A stretch of DNA of 64,000 nucleotides from an uncultured delta proteobacterium. GTDB taxonomy: Bacteria; Myxococcota; Myxococcia; Myxococcales; Myxococcaceae. Location of the stretch: the NCBI GenBank assembly GCA_963771175.1, contig CAVYSY010000007.1, positions 1 through 64,000 on the forward strand, read 5' to 3'. Within the stretch, counting starts at the first letter, position 1. Each line of letters begins with the position of its first letter. Below, one piece after another: positions 31,619 through 42,762 of this stretch. The notes beneath the pieces were generated by a model, which worked only from the letters and a program-made list of their open reading frames with translations, was not told the DNA's origin and ran no database searches. The position numbers and the translations under genes were made by a program.

Positions 31619-32346
31619 CACTGCATCGATCTCCGGATGCGCCCCCGTTCCTTCTCGGGGCCTACGTCGTCGACGAGCGCGTCGAGGACTGGACCCGGTT
31701 CCCGTTCAATCTGCCGTACGTGAAGGACCTCGACCTGGAGTTCGACCGGCCTGTCACCCTGTTCGTCGGCGAGAACGGCTCCGGCAAGTCCACCCTGCTG
31801 AGCGCGCTCGCGGAACTGGCGGGTCTGCCGGGCGGTGGGGGGAGCAGGAACGAGCTCTCCGATTCCGAGCGCCGTGCATCCTTGCTCGCCGCCGCCATGC
31901 GCCCCAAGTTCAGGGCCCGGCCACGCGATGGCTTCTTCTTCCGCGCGGACGCCCTTCTGGATTTCGCTCGCATCCTGGACAAGCGGAAGGAGGACCCGGA
32001 CTTCCTGGGCGACCCCTATGCGCGGTACGGGGGCAAGTCGCTTCGAGAGCGCTCCCATGGGGAGAGCGTCTCGGCCGTGTTCGGCGCGAACAGGAGCGGG
32101 GGGCTCTTCTTCTTCGACGAGCCCGAGTCGGCCTTCTCTCCGACACGGCAGTTGGAGTTCGTGAAGGCAATCGAGGAATCCGCCCGAGGCGGCAGCTGGC
32201 AATTCGTCATCGCCACCCACTCGCCCATCGTCATGTCCATCCAGCGTGCGCGAATCCTCGACTTCGACCGCCCCGAGCTTCCGTCCATCCAACCGGAGGA
32301 GACGAAGCACTGGAGCGTGTTCAAACGCATCCTCTGCCAGCAGTAG
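31615..32346 (+). CDS. Stand-alone ABC/AAA-type ATPase (COG3910-like)
   Basis: Walker A GENGSGKST, SHGES signature, FFFDEPE Walker B, IATHSP; ATGA overlap with the DUSAM gene. Confidence 0.9.
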   Translation: MTLHRSPDAPPFLLGAYVVDERVEDWTRFPFNLPYVKDLDLEFDRPVTLFVGENGSGKSTLLSALAELAGLPGGGGSRNELSDSERRASLLAAAMRPKFRARPRDGFFFRADALLDFARILDKRKEDPDFLGDPYARYGGKSLRERSHGESVSAVFGANRSGGLFFFDEPESAFSPTRQLEFVKAIEESARGGSWQFVIATHSPIVMSIQRARILDFDRPELPSIQPEETKHWSVFKRILCQQ

Positions 32347-32349
32347 ACG

Positions 32350-33594
32350 TCACAGGCTGACGAGCATGGCCAACAACAGCGCCGCTCCCACCAGGGCGAG
32401 GATGGCCCCGAAGGCCACCTGGCTCCACTTCTCCCGCTCCACCGCGCTCAGCTCCGGTGGATCCCTGAAGCGGTGGAGGAAGTTCCAGACCATGTGGGAG
32501 CCCAGCCGCTTGTTGGTTCCTCGCTGCGCATGGCCCGAGACGGGCACCTCGTCCGGATTCGGCTCGAGCCCCTCCCCGGCCACCGGCCGCAGGTGCGGAG
32601 GCAGCATTCCGGGAACCATCACGCCCTGCTGGGGGCCACCCGTCTGGAGGGGCGGCAACAGGGGTTGCTCCGTCTGGTCGAGCACCGCGCGAGTCGCCTC
32701 GGACTCCAGCGGCTGGGCCTTGGTCTCCTGCAGCGGCCGCGAGGAGTGCTCCTCCACCACCGGAAGGGAGACTTCCGAGGAGAATCGCTCCGGCCCGGGC
32801 TCGATGCGGACTCCGGCGAGCTTCTCGTGCAGCGCCTCCGGGGACTGCGCCTCCAGCATCTCGAGGGCCACCGCCACCCCGTCCCGGCCCGTGTTGGCCT
32901 CGCGCAGGCCCGCGAAGCCGTGCTCGGTGAGCGCCTCGCGGAAGAGCTCCCGCCCCGCCTCGCTCTGGCCCGCCGGGTCCTTCGCGTTCGCCTCGGCGTA
33001 GGCCAGGAAGAAGGACCAGAGGCGCTCGGCGCGCTCGGAGGGCGCCAGCCGCGAGGGTCTCAGCTCCGCGCCCAGGAAGCGAAGCTCCTCGGCGAAGTGG
33101 TGGGCGAGCGACTCCTCCCCAATGGGCTCGGAGAACGTCGGCAGCAGTTCCCCCAGCGGCCGAGCCTCGGCGCCCTCATGGACCTCCGGGTCTCCCGGAG
33201 TGGGCACCGGCACCAGGAGATCCGTCAGGAGCGGAGCCTCCATGGTGTGCCGGGCGGGAAGCCGCGGGCGCTCGCCCGTCCTCGCGGAGGGCGGTTTGTC
33301 GAAACGGGTGCCGTTCGCGTCGCGGGCCCTGCCCGAGCGGGCCTCGCCACGGGACTCCAGGCCGTCCTGGGAGAAGTCCAGGCCGCTCGTCGTCGTCCGC
33401 TCCTGGCGCACCTCGCCGGCACGCGGCAACTCCACCTGCGTGGGCATGCCGCCGATGCGCGTCAGCTCCTCGCGGGCCACACCGCTGCCGTTTCCGGCCT
33501 TGCCTGAACGACCCGGGGGGCCCCCCTCGGGCCGGCTCGGAGGCCGACCCACGAAGGTCCCACGGCCTCCCTTGATGTTTCCGGCGTGGCTCAT
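32350..33594 (-). CDS. Hypothetical protein with disordered N-terminus and C-terminal TM anchor
   Basis: Long ORF with native codon pattern; C-terminal AFGAILALVGAALLLAMLV; start approximate. Confidence 0.65.
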   Translation of the reverse strand: MSHAGNIKGGRGTFVGRPPSRPEGGPPGRSGKAGNGSGVAREELTRIGGMPTQVELPRAGEVRQERTTTSGLDFSQDGLESRGEARSGRARDANGTRFDKPPSARTGERPRLPARHTMEAPLLTDLLVPVPTPGDPEVHEGAEARPLGELLPTFSEPIGEESLAHHFAEELRFLGAELRPSRLAPSERAERLWSFFLAYAEANAKDPAGQSEAGRELFREALTEHGFAGLREANTGRDGVAVALEMLEAQSPEALHEKLAGVRIEPGPERFSSEVSLPVVEEHSSRPLQETKAQPLESEATRAVLDQTEQPLLPPLQTGGPQQGVMVPGMLPPHLRPVAGEGLEPNPDEVPVSGHAQRGTNKRLGSHMVWNFLHRFRDPPELSAVEREKWSQVAFGAILALVGAALLLAMLVSL

Positions 33595-33644
33595 CCCCTG
33601 GATTGTCGCCTGGACGGCGAGCAAGTTGCCAGGGGAGCCCCCGC

Positions 33645-34148
33645 CTACTCCTCTTCCCTCTCCGCCTTCACCGGAGATGTCATCCCGTTGACATCCAGGA
33701 TGACGCTGAAGACGGACACCTGGCCATCGCCATCCAGGTCCCCCCGGGCGTAGCAGGTGACCTCCGCCTCCCCGAGGGGGGTCTCCTGCACCACCACCTG
33801 GTACTGGTAGCGGACGCGCTCGCCCGGCTCGAAGCCGATCCTCTTCAGGTTCTCGTCCGGCTCGAAGGGCACCGACTTGCCGCCCCGCGGCATGTCCTTG
33901 GGCACCGGGCCCGCGACGAGGAAGACGCCGTGCTCGTCGCGGTAGGACTGCACGTCACCACACAGGCGGAGCACGTTGACGCGCGCCTCGTTGGTGAGGG
34001 CCTGGTCCTGCACGGGGTGCGAGCGGCTGATGACGAAGAAGGCGCCGCCCGCCACCGCCATGAGGCACGGGACCGCGAGCACCGCCCCCACCAGCGCCAC
34101 CTTCTTCCAGGTGGCCATGCGCGGCTTGTCGGAAACGGGGTTGTCCAT
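33645..34148 (-). CDS. Pilin-like membrane-anchored protein
   Basis: N-terminal TM helix; EARVNV, IGFEP....RYQY and ARGDLDGDG resemble the deltaproteobacterial type IV pilin globular domain; no GFTLIEL leader. Confidence 0.6.
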   Translation of the reverse strand: MDNPVSDKPRMATWKKVALVGAVLAVPCLMAVAGGAFFVISRSHPVQDQALTNEARVNVLRLCGDVQSYRDEHGVFLVAGPVPKDMPRGGKSVPFEPDENLKRIGFEPGERVRYQYQVVVQETPLGEAEVTCYARGDLDGDGQVSVFSVILDVNGMTSPVKAEREEE

Positions 34149-34163
34149 GGGACTCGCTCCTCG

Positions 34164-35066
34164 TTAGCGGGTGCCGGCCCAGTCGCGCGGGTTGCGGAGC
34201 ACCTCCACCAGTCGCGCCTCCTCGGAGCCGGGGGCGGGGTGGTGGTCGTAGCGCCAGCGCACCTGCGGGGGCAGCGACATGAGGATGGACTCGGTGCGCC
34301 CCTTCGTCTCCAGGCCGAAGATGGTGCCCCGGTCCCAGACGAGGTTGAACTCCACGTAGCGCCCGCGCCGCACCTCCTGCCAAAAGCGCTGCGCCTCAGT
34401 AACGGGCGTGTCCTTGCGCCGCTCGGCGATGGGCAGGTACGCGGGGAGGAAGGCCCGGCCGGCATCCCGCACCAGGTCGAACTCGCGCTCCAGGTCCCCA
34501 CCCAGGTTCTCGAAGAAGATACCTCCCACTCCGCGCGCCTCCTCGCGGTGGCGCAGGAAGAAGTACTTGTCGCAGGCCTCCTTGAAGCGCGGGTAGTACG
34601 TCGGGTCGTGCGGGTCGCACGCCTCCTTGTGGGTGCGGTGGAAGTGCACCGCGTCCTCCTCATAGAGGTAGTAGGGCGTCAGGTCCGCGCCGCCGCCGAA
34701 CCACGCCTTTCCGCCCTGTTGAATGAAGCGGTAGTTGGCGTGCACGGTGGGCACATGCGGGTTGCGCGGGTGGAGCACCAGCGAGATGCCCGCGGCCCAG
34801 AAGGTGAGCCCCTCGCCCTGCAACTTCTTGGAGAAGGCCTCCTCCAGCTCGCCAAACACCACCGAGGTGCTGACGCCGCCCTTCTCCAGCACGGCCCCGT
34901 CCTCCAGCACGCGGCTGCGCCCACCGCCACCGCCCGGTCGCTGCCACGGGTCCTCCCGGAAGCGGGCCTTCCCATCGAGCCGCTCCAGCGCCCCGCAGAT
35001 GTCGTCCTGCAGGCCGTGGATGAACTCCACCATCCGCTCCTTCATCTTCTCCACGTCCACCGTCAT
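34164..35066 (-). CDS. hemF: Oxygen-dependent coproporphyrinogen III oxidase
   Basis: EKGGV, GISLVLHPRNPHVPTVHANYR, WFGGGADLTP, RGVGGIFF, RRGRYVEFNL, GRTESILMSLP. Confidence 0.97.
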   Translation of the reverse strand: MTVDVEKMKERMVEFIHGLQDDICGALERLDGKARFREDPWQRPGGGGGRSRVLEDGAVLEKGGVSTSVVFGELEEAFSKKLQGEGLTFWAAGISLVLHPRNPHVPTVHANYRFIQQGGKAWFGGGADLTPYYLYEEDAVHFHRTHKEACDPHDPTYYPRFKEACDKYFFLRHREEARGVGGIFFENLGGDLEREFDLVRDAGRAFLPAYLPIAERRKDTPVTEAQRFWQEVRRGRYVEFNLVWDRGTIFGLETKGRTESILMSLPPQVRWRYDHHPAPGSEEARLVEVLRNPRDWAGTR

Positions 35067-35887
35067 GGGTTCTCCTGGGGCGCCACCGGCGCCTCGAATT
35101 GTAGGGGGGGCACCGCGGGAGCGGTGTTGCCCGCCGCGTCGAAGACCTCCAGCTTCGCGCGGTAGCTCCTGCCCACATCCAGGGCGAAGGCCCCACCGCA
35201 CGCCTCGTGCCCCACCAGGGCCACGCCATCATGAATGGGGGTGACGTAGTGCTGGGGCGCCATGTCATCACGCCGCCGCCAGAGCGTCACCACGAGGTAG
35301 GCCGGGCTGTCCTCCCGCAGGGCCATGCTCAGCTTGACGAAGCGCTCCGTGCCGTCGCGGGTGCGCCGGGAGAGGCCCTCGCTGACGGTGGGGCGCTTGA
35401 GCCAGCGCGGGCGCGCCACGTCCTGGCCCTTGCCGCTGCGCCATTCGGGCTGCGAGGAGCGCGAACCATTGAGCACCTTCGCGTCGGGCAACACGTCGTC
35501 CAGGCGCAGCGTGTAGGCGCGGCCGGACTTGAGCGGGCTCGAGGGCCGGAGCACCACGGTGGAGCGCCCCAGGGAGCTGCTCCAGCCGCGCTGCACGCGC
35601 ACCTCCACCTCGTGGCCCTCCGACTGCAAGCGGAGGACACGGCCCGGGAGGGCGGCCACCCGGGGGCCGAAGGTGCCGAGACCCTCGAGCAGGAAGCGGG
35701 AATTGGTGGGCACCACCGCGCCGGGCATGGGGAACACCTGCACCCCATTCTCGGGGCACTGGGCGGCGCGTGCGGCCGGGGCAACCAGGATGAGCAGGAC
35801 GAGTAGCGGGACGACGGGTCGCACGAGGCCGTCGAGTCTGCGACGGGCCGGCGCCGGAGGCCAGCGTCCCGATGCGCGCCCATTCAC
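35063..35887 (-). CDS. Exported hypothetical protein
   Basis: Signal peptide ..LVAPAARA; 4-bp overlap with hemF start. Confidence 0.65.
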   Translation of the reverse strand: MNGRASGRWPPAPARRRLDGLVRPVVPLLVLLILVAPAARAAQCPENGVQVFPMPGAVVPTNSRFLLEGLGTFGPRVAALPGRVLRLQSEGHEVEVRVQRGWSSSLGRSTVVLRPSSPLKSGRAYTLRLDDVLPDAKVLNGSRSSQPEWRSGKGQDVARPRWLKRPTVSEGLSRRTRDGTERFVKLSMALREDSPAYLVVTLWRRRDDMAPQHYVTPIHDGVALVGHEACGGAFALDVGRSYRAKLEVFDAAGNTAPAVPPLQFEAPVAPQENP

Positions 35888-35963
35888 TTCCCGTCGGCCG
35901 GCAGCCCGCCCCCCTGACGCAGCCCGCCGTCCGAGGCCCGTGAGTCCAGCGAGTGGGGCGCCG

Positions 35964-36255
35964 TCAGTGCGTGGGGCGCCCGTCCTCGGAGAGCACGATG
36001 GGGCCGTGGCGCTGCCTCGTATCTGGCGAGGCTGTCCTGCAGGGCCCCCAGCAGGCGCTTGAGGTGCTTGGGGTTGGTGATGATGCGCGAGAGCACCCTG
36101 GCCCGGGGCTGCTGCGGTTGGACGTAGATGAAGTCCAGGGTGAACTCCGTCTCCGTGTGGTTGACGAGCGCCATGTTCACGTACTGACCATTGGCCACGG
36201 CGTCATCTATCTGGACCTGCAGGGGGATTTCGGGGGGCTTGGGGGTATCCGCCAT
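35964..36255 (-). CDS. DUF3467 family protein (frameshift near the 3' end)
   Basis: GQYVNMALVNHTETEFTLDF, SRIITNPKHLKRL; removing one base gives ..EQRHGPIVLSEDGRPTH-stop. Confidence 0.8.
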
Positions 36256-36299
36256 GGGGGGGGAATACCGCTGGAGGAGCCTCGTGGCTAGACTCCGTC

Positions 36300-37134
36300 A
36301 TGGTGCGAGCGCAGCGGATGGACCCGGAGAAGACGGCGCCGTTCGAGCTGGGGCGGGGGGAGGATGCCTGCCTCCTGCTGCACGGCTTCACGGGAAGTCC
36401 CTGGGACGTGCGCCCGCTCGGCGAGGCCCTGGCGGCCCGAGGGCTGTACGTGCGGGCCATCCAGCTCCCGGGCCACGGCACCACCCCCGAGGACCTCCTG
36501 CGAGTGGGATACCGGGACTGGGAGCACGCCGCGGCCCAAGCCCTGTTGTCCCTGCGCGACCACCGGCGCGTCTTCGTATCCGGACTGTCCATGGGGGCCC
36601 TGCTGGCGCTGAAGCTCGCCGCCAACTACCCCGAGCGGGTACAGGGACTGGCGCTCGTCGCCCCGGCACTGCGCTTCAAGGGGCCTCGACATGTGGCTCC
36701 TCAAGCGCCTGCGCCACCATCGGCTGCTGGAGCGGGTGAAGCCCTGGGTCCTCAAGACGGGCACCGACCTCTCCGACCCGGCGGTGCTCGCCGAGGCCCC
36801 CATCCTTCCCGCCTTCCCCTCGGCCCGGCTGCAGGACATGTGGGAGTTGCAGGACGCGGCGATGAATGCCCTGCCCCGGGTGCGCAGCCCGGCCCTGGTG
36901 GCCGTGGCCCAGCAGGACCACGTGGTGGACCCCGAGGGCGGCCGGGTGCTGGTGCGCGGCCTCATCGCCTCGTCCCGGGTGCGCTTCATCTCCCTGCAGG
37001 ACGGCTTCCACATCATCCCGAGGGACAAGGGCGGGCCGCTGCTCGCCTCGGAGGTGGGGAGCTTCTTCGAGCGGGAGCGGGGCCCGAGGTCCGAGGACTC
37101 ATACGCCAGTTCCAGGCGTCCAGCGGCGGGGTGA
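36300..37134 (+). CDS. Carboxylesterase/monoacylglycerol lipase alpha/beta hydrolase, frameshift near 36685
   Basis: LLHGFTGSP, LPGHG, GLSMG, QDHVVDP, GFHII. Confidence 0.9.
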
Positions 37135-37213
37135 CGGCCAGCCCTGGCTCCTCACCAGGCATGCGACGAAACATGCGGGCCCGTCGCGCATCCGTTACTC
37201 ACTCCCCGCCCCC

Positions 37214-37908
<695 letters not shown>

Positions 37909-37912
<4 letters not shown>

Positions 37913-40462
37913 GTCTGCGCCTCCTGGCCCGCGCCAGCCTGCGTCACCTCGGCGGCCACCCGTGGCTCACCGCCCTGTCGCTGCTGGGCATCGCGCTCGG
38001 CGTGGCGGTGGTGGTGTCCATCGACCTCGCCAACGCGAGCGCCATGCTCGCCTTCGAGCGCTCCACGGACACCGTGGCCGGCCGCGCCACCCACCAGCTC
38101 GTCGGCGGACCCGCGGGGCTGCCCGAGTCGGTGTACCGGGACGTGCGCCTGTTGCCCGGAGTCCCCGTCGGCCGCTCCCGTGGTGGAGGGCCACGTGCGC
38201 GCCACGAGCGGCGACAAGCGCACCCTCACCGTGCTCGGCGTGGATCCGTTCGCCGAGGCCCCCTTCCGCTCCTACGTGCCGAGGAGCGGGGGCACGGTGG
38301 ACCTGAGCGCCTTCCTCACCGAGCCTGGAGCGGCCCTCCTCACGCGACGCACGGCCCGGGCGCTGGGCGTGGGCGTCGGAGACTCGCTGGACGTGGTCGT
38401 GGAGGGCGTGACGCGGCGGCTGCGCGCGGTGGCGCTGCTGGAGCCCGAGGACGAGGGCCGTGCCCGTGCGCTGGACGGACTGGTGCTCACCGACATCTCC
38501 ACCGCGCAGGAGTTGCTCGGACAGGAGGGGCGGCTCTCGCGCATCGACCTGAAGCTGCCCGGGGGCGAGGCCGGCGAGGCGTGGCTGTCGCGCCTGCGCC
38601 CGCTGCTGCCCGAGGGCGCCGAGGTGGTGCGGCCCCGCGCGCGCGGCAACGCGGTGGAGCAGATGACGCGGGCCTTCCGCACCAACCTCACCGCGCTGTC
38701 GCTGCTGGCGCTCGTGGTGGGCACCTTCCTCATCTACAACACGATGACCTTCTCGGTGGTGCAGCGGCGCGAGCAGCTCGGACGGCTGCGCGCGGTGGGC
38801 ATCACCCGGGGCGAGCTGTTCACCCTGGTGCTGGGCGAGGCGGCGGTGCTGGGCGTGGTGGGCACGGTGGCGGGACTGCTGCTGGGCGTGTTGCTGGGGC
38901 GCGGGCTGGTGGAGCTCGTCACCCGGACGCTCAATGACCTGTACTTCACGGTGAGCGTGCGCGGCCTCTCGCTGGAGCCCTCCACGCTGGCCAAGGGGCT
39001 GCTGCTGGGCCTGGGCGCCACGCTGGCCGCCGCGCTGCTGCCCGCGTGGGAGGCGGCGCGCTCGGCTCCGGCGGTGACGCTGCGCCGCTCCACCCTGGAG
39101 GACGTGGCCCGCGGAGGGCGCCCCGGCTCGCGCTGCTGGGGCTGCTCGTCCTCGCGCTGGGCGTGGGGCTGCTGGCCCTGCCCACGCCCGAGCTGCTGCC
39201 GGCCTACGCGGGGCTCTTCTCGGTGCTGCTGGGCTCGGCGCTGCTGGTGCCCTGGCTCACGGCGCGGCTGGCGGGCGCGGCGGCGGGTCCGCTGGGGCGC
39301 CCCTTCGGGCTGCTGGGCCGCATGGCCGCGCGGGGGGTGACGGCGAGCCTCAGCCGCACCGCCGTGGCCCTCGCCGCGCTCATGGTGGCGGTGGCCACCA
39401 CGGTGGGCGTGGGATTGATGGTGGCCAGCTTCCGCAACACGGTGGCGGAGTGGCTGGAGGCCTCGCTGCAGGCGGACGTCTACATCTCCCCGCCCGCGCT
39501 CGTCACCCGACGCGGAGAGCGCCACCTTCGTCCCCGGGCTCGCCGAGCACCTGCGCGCCACGCCCGGCGTGGGCAGCAGCAGCAGCATCCGCACGGTACA
39601 GGTGCGCGTGGACGGCGTGCCCACGGACCTGCGCTCGGTGGACTTCGGAGACACCCCGGTGCGCCCCTACCGCTTCAAGGAGGGAGACCCGGAGCGCGTG
39701 TGGAAGGAGCTGGAGGCCCCGGACACGGTGCTCGTCTCCGAGCCCTTCGCCTTCCACCGCCGCGTGGGCGTGGGCGGCACGGTGGAGCTGGCGACGGACA
39801 AGGGCCCTCGCCGCTTCCGCGTGGTGGGCGTGTACTTCGACTATGGCTCGGACACGGGCACGCTGCTGATGGTGCGCGACACGTACCTGCGCCACTTCGA
39901 CGACCCACGGGTGAGCGGCGTGGCCCTCTACGCCGCGCCCGGGCAGGACGTGGACGCGCTGGTGGCCAGGGCTCGCGAGCGCGCCGGGGACGTGCAGGCG
40001 CTCGACATCCGCTCCAACCGCGCGCTGCGCGAGACGTCGCTGGAGGTGTTCGACCGCACCTTCACCATCACCCACGTGCTGCGGCTGCTCGCGGTGGGGG
40101 TGGCCTTCATCGGCGTGCTGAGCGCGCTGATGGCGCTGCAACTGGAGCGGGCGCGCGAGTTCGCGGTGCTGCGCGCCATCGGCCTCACACCGCGCCAGCT
40201 CTGGGGACTCGTGTCCCTCCAGACGGGGCTGCTGGGACTGCTGGCGGGGCTCTTCTCGCTGCCGCTCGGCGTGGCGCTCGCGTACGTGCTGGTCCACGTC
40301 ATCAACCAGCGCTCCTTCGGGTGGACGCTGCAACTGCTGGTGGACCCGAGCGTGCTGGTGCAGGCGATGGTGCTGGCGCTGTCGGCGGCGGCGCTCGCGG
40401 GCCTGTACCCGTCCTGGAAGATGTCGCGCGCCAACCCCGCGCTGGCGCTGAGGGAGGAGTGA
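37909..40462 (+). CDS. ABC transporter permease (FtsX/MacB-like, two permease halves), several frameshifts
   Basis: [54 protein letters not shown] across four ORFs. Confidence 0.9.
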
Positions 40463-40466
40463 GGCG

Positions 40467-41645
40467 ATGCGCGGACGCGGACTCGTCATCGGCGTGGCGG
40501 TGGTGCTCGTGGGGCTGGCGGCCGGGGTCACCTGGCGTCACGCACGAGGCCGCCCTGCCCTCGGACGGAGAGTCGACGCTGAAGGTGGCGGAGGCCCTCG
40601 GCGGACCGGACGGCGGCACGGAGGGCTATGCGCGGGCCTTCGAGCCCCGGGCCTTCCTCTTCCCCGAGGACCACGGCCCGCACCCCGACTTCCGCACCGA
40701 GTGGTGGTACTGGACGGGCAACCTCTCCACGGCGGACGGGCGCGACTTCGGCTACCAGTTCACCCTCTTCCGCAGCGCGCTCGCCCCCGAGGACAAGGAG
40801 CGCACGTCCGCGTGGGGCACGCGGCAGGTGTACATGGGGCACCTCGCGCTCTCGGACATCGGCGGCGGGCGCTTCCACGCCTTCGAGCGCTTCAGCCGCG
40901 GCACGCTGGGACTCGCGGGCGCGCGGGCCGAGCCCTTCAGGTATGGCTGGAGGACTGGAGCGCGGAGGCCACGGGCGAACGGGGCCATGCGCCTCACCGC
41001 ACGGGGCGAGGGTGTGTCGCTGTCCCTGGTGCTGGAGCCCGGCAAGCCCCCGGTGCTCCAGGGCGACCGGGGCCTGAGCCAGAAGGGGCCCGAGCCGGGC
41101 AACGCCTCCTATTACTACTCGCTCACGCGGATGCCCTCGCGCGGACAGGTGACGGTGGACGGGCCGCGCGTACGAGGTGACGGGCCAGAGCTGGATGGAC
41201 CGCGAGTGGAGCACCAGCGCGCTCGGCGAGAACCAGGTGGGCTGGGACTGGTTCTCGCTCCAGCTCTCGGACGGCAGCGAGCTCATGTACTACCAGCTGC
41301 CGCCAGCGCGACGGCACGGCGGACCCGTTCAGCGCGGGCACCTTCGTCCCCGCCCAGGGCGAGCCGGTGCGCCTCTCGCGCGAGGACGTGCGCCTGGAGG
41401 TGCGGGACACGTGGAAGAGCCCGCACAGCGGCGCGACGTACCCGGCCCGCTGGCGGCTCGTGGTGCCCTCGCGGAACCTGACGCTGGAGCTCACCCCCGC
41501 GCTGGCCAACCAGGAGCTGCCGGTGAGCGTGCGCTACTGGGAGGGCTCGGTGCGCCTCTCGGGTTCGCACGCGGGCGTCCCCGTCGAGGGCCGTGGCTAT
41601 GTAGAGTTGACTGGCTACGGAGATGCTCCCCGGCGAGGACAGTGA
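40467..41645 (+). CDS. Lipocalin-like CrtC/AttH family protein, several frameshifts
   Basis: FPEDHGPHPDFRTEWWYWTGNL, ASYYYS, WMDREWST, GWDWFSLQL, YWEG, GYVELTGY. Confidence 0.9.
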
Positions 41646-41688
41646 GCACCTCCGGCGTAGTAGGCTCACGCCCGAGGGAGATACCACC

Positions 41689-42102
41689 ATGACCCAGCCA
41701 CACGAGTGGAACGTCGGGACGCACCACACCCGGTTCGAGCCACCGGACGTGCTGTGGACGAAGATCCGAGGGACGACCTCCATCGAGGATGCCATCTCCC
41801 TCCTGGAGATCTACCGCGAGGTCGGGAGCCAGCAGCCCGTCTTCGTGGTGACGGACCTCTCGGAGGCCACCACCGTCGACCTGAAGGCCCGGGACCACAT
41901 CTCCTGGAACATCCATATGGGCTGGTTCCACGGCGCCATCTACATCGGGGCCGGCATGGTTCAGAGGGCCGTGGCCAGCAGCATGACGTTCCTCCACAGC
42001 CTCACGGGCAACGAGGCCATCCCCCAGCACTTCGTCTCCACGGAGGAGGAGGCCCGCGCGCTCATCGTTCAGGAGCGCTCGCCACGGGGCAGGCAGACGT
42101 AA
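41689..42102 (+). CDS. STAS/SEC14-like domain protein
   Basis: FEPPD..RG..VVTDLS...AR...FVSTEEEARA pattern; GGAG RBS. Confidence 0.75.
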   Translation: MTQPHEWNVGTHHTRFEPPDVLWTKIRGTTSIEDAISLLEIYREVGSQQPVFVVTDLSEATTVDLKARDHISWNIHMGWFHGAIYIGAGMVQRAVASSMTFLHSLTGNEAIPQHFVSTEEEARALIVQERSPRGRQT

Positions 42103-42219
42103 CCTCCCCACTGCCATTCCCCTCCGGCGCGGCTAGGATGCGCGCACACGGCACGGGGGAGCCGTGGGGCCGATACGCGTGGACGCTCGGGAGCCCCCCC
42201 TGGGCATCGAGAGGCTCTC

Positions 42220-42636
42220 ATGACGGCTCCCCGCGAATGGACGATCGACACGCACTTCGTCCGCTTCGAGCATCCCGACAATCTGTACGTGAAGATCGAC
42301 GGCGACGTCTCCACCGAGGCGGTGCGCCAGCTCGCCGATATCTGCCGGGACATCGCGGCGAAGCAGCCCTTCTATCTGGTCGCGGATCTCTCGCACGTCG
42401 GCACCGTCTCCTCGGAGGCTCGCAACCACGCCTCCAAGCACATCCGTCCGGACTGGTACCTGGGCGTGGCCTACATCGGGGCCAACCTCATCACCAAGGC
42501 CGCGGCCAAGGGTCTCGCCGTCGCGCTCTACCTCACCGGCAAGTCCTCCTTCGACATCGCGTTCGTCGCCAACGAGGCCGAGGCCCGCGCGGCTCTCGAG
42601 AAGCAGCGCGCCAGGCGCGGCACCCAGGTGGCCTGA
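42220..42636 (+). CDS. STAS/SEC14-like domain protein (paralog of the preceding gene)
   Basis: EW...H..FE.PD, LVADLS, YIGA, FVANEAEARA shared with 41689-42102. Confidence 0.75.
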   Translation: MTAPREWTIDTHFVRFEHPDNLYVKIDGDVSTEAVRQLADICRDIAAKQPFYLVADLSHVGTVSSEARNHASKHIRPDWYLGVAYIGANLITKAAAKGLAVALYLTGKSSFDIAFVANEAEARAALEKQRARRGTQVA

Positions 42637-42674
42637 GCGCAGAACCACCTCCGCGGCCAGTCTTCGGAGGACAG

Positions 42675-42748
42675 GGCACCCTCCGGGCTCGGTCTGGAAA
42701 AACCTGTCCGACAGTCGGACAGGTTTTTGAAAAACGCGACCGGGAGGC
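42675..42748. repeat. Solo copy of the palindromic repeat, opposite orientation to unit 2 of the 8.8-kb array
   Basis: Perfect 15-bp-arm palindrome AAAAACCTGTCCGAC-A-GTCGGACAGGTTTTT (42698-42728); flanks CCGGGCTCGGTCT and CCGGGAGGC match the reverse complement of 8888-8972. Confidence 0.9.
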
Positions 42749-42762
42749 TGCCTTCGAATGAC

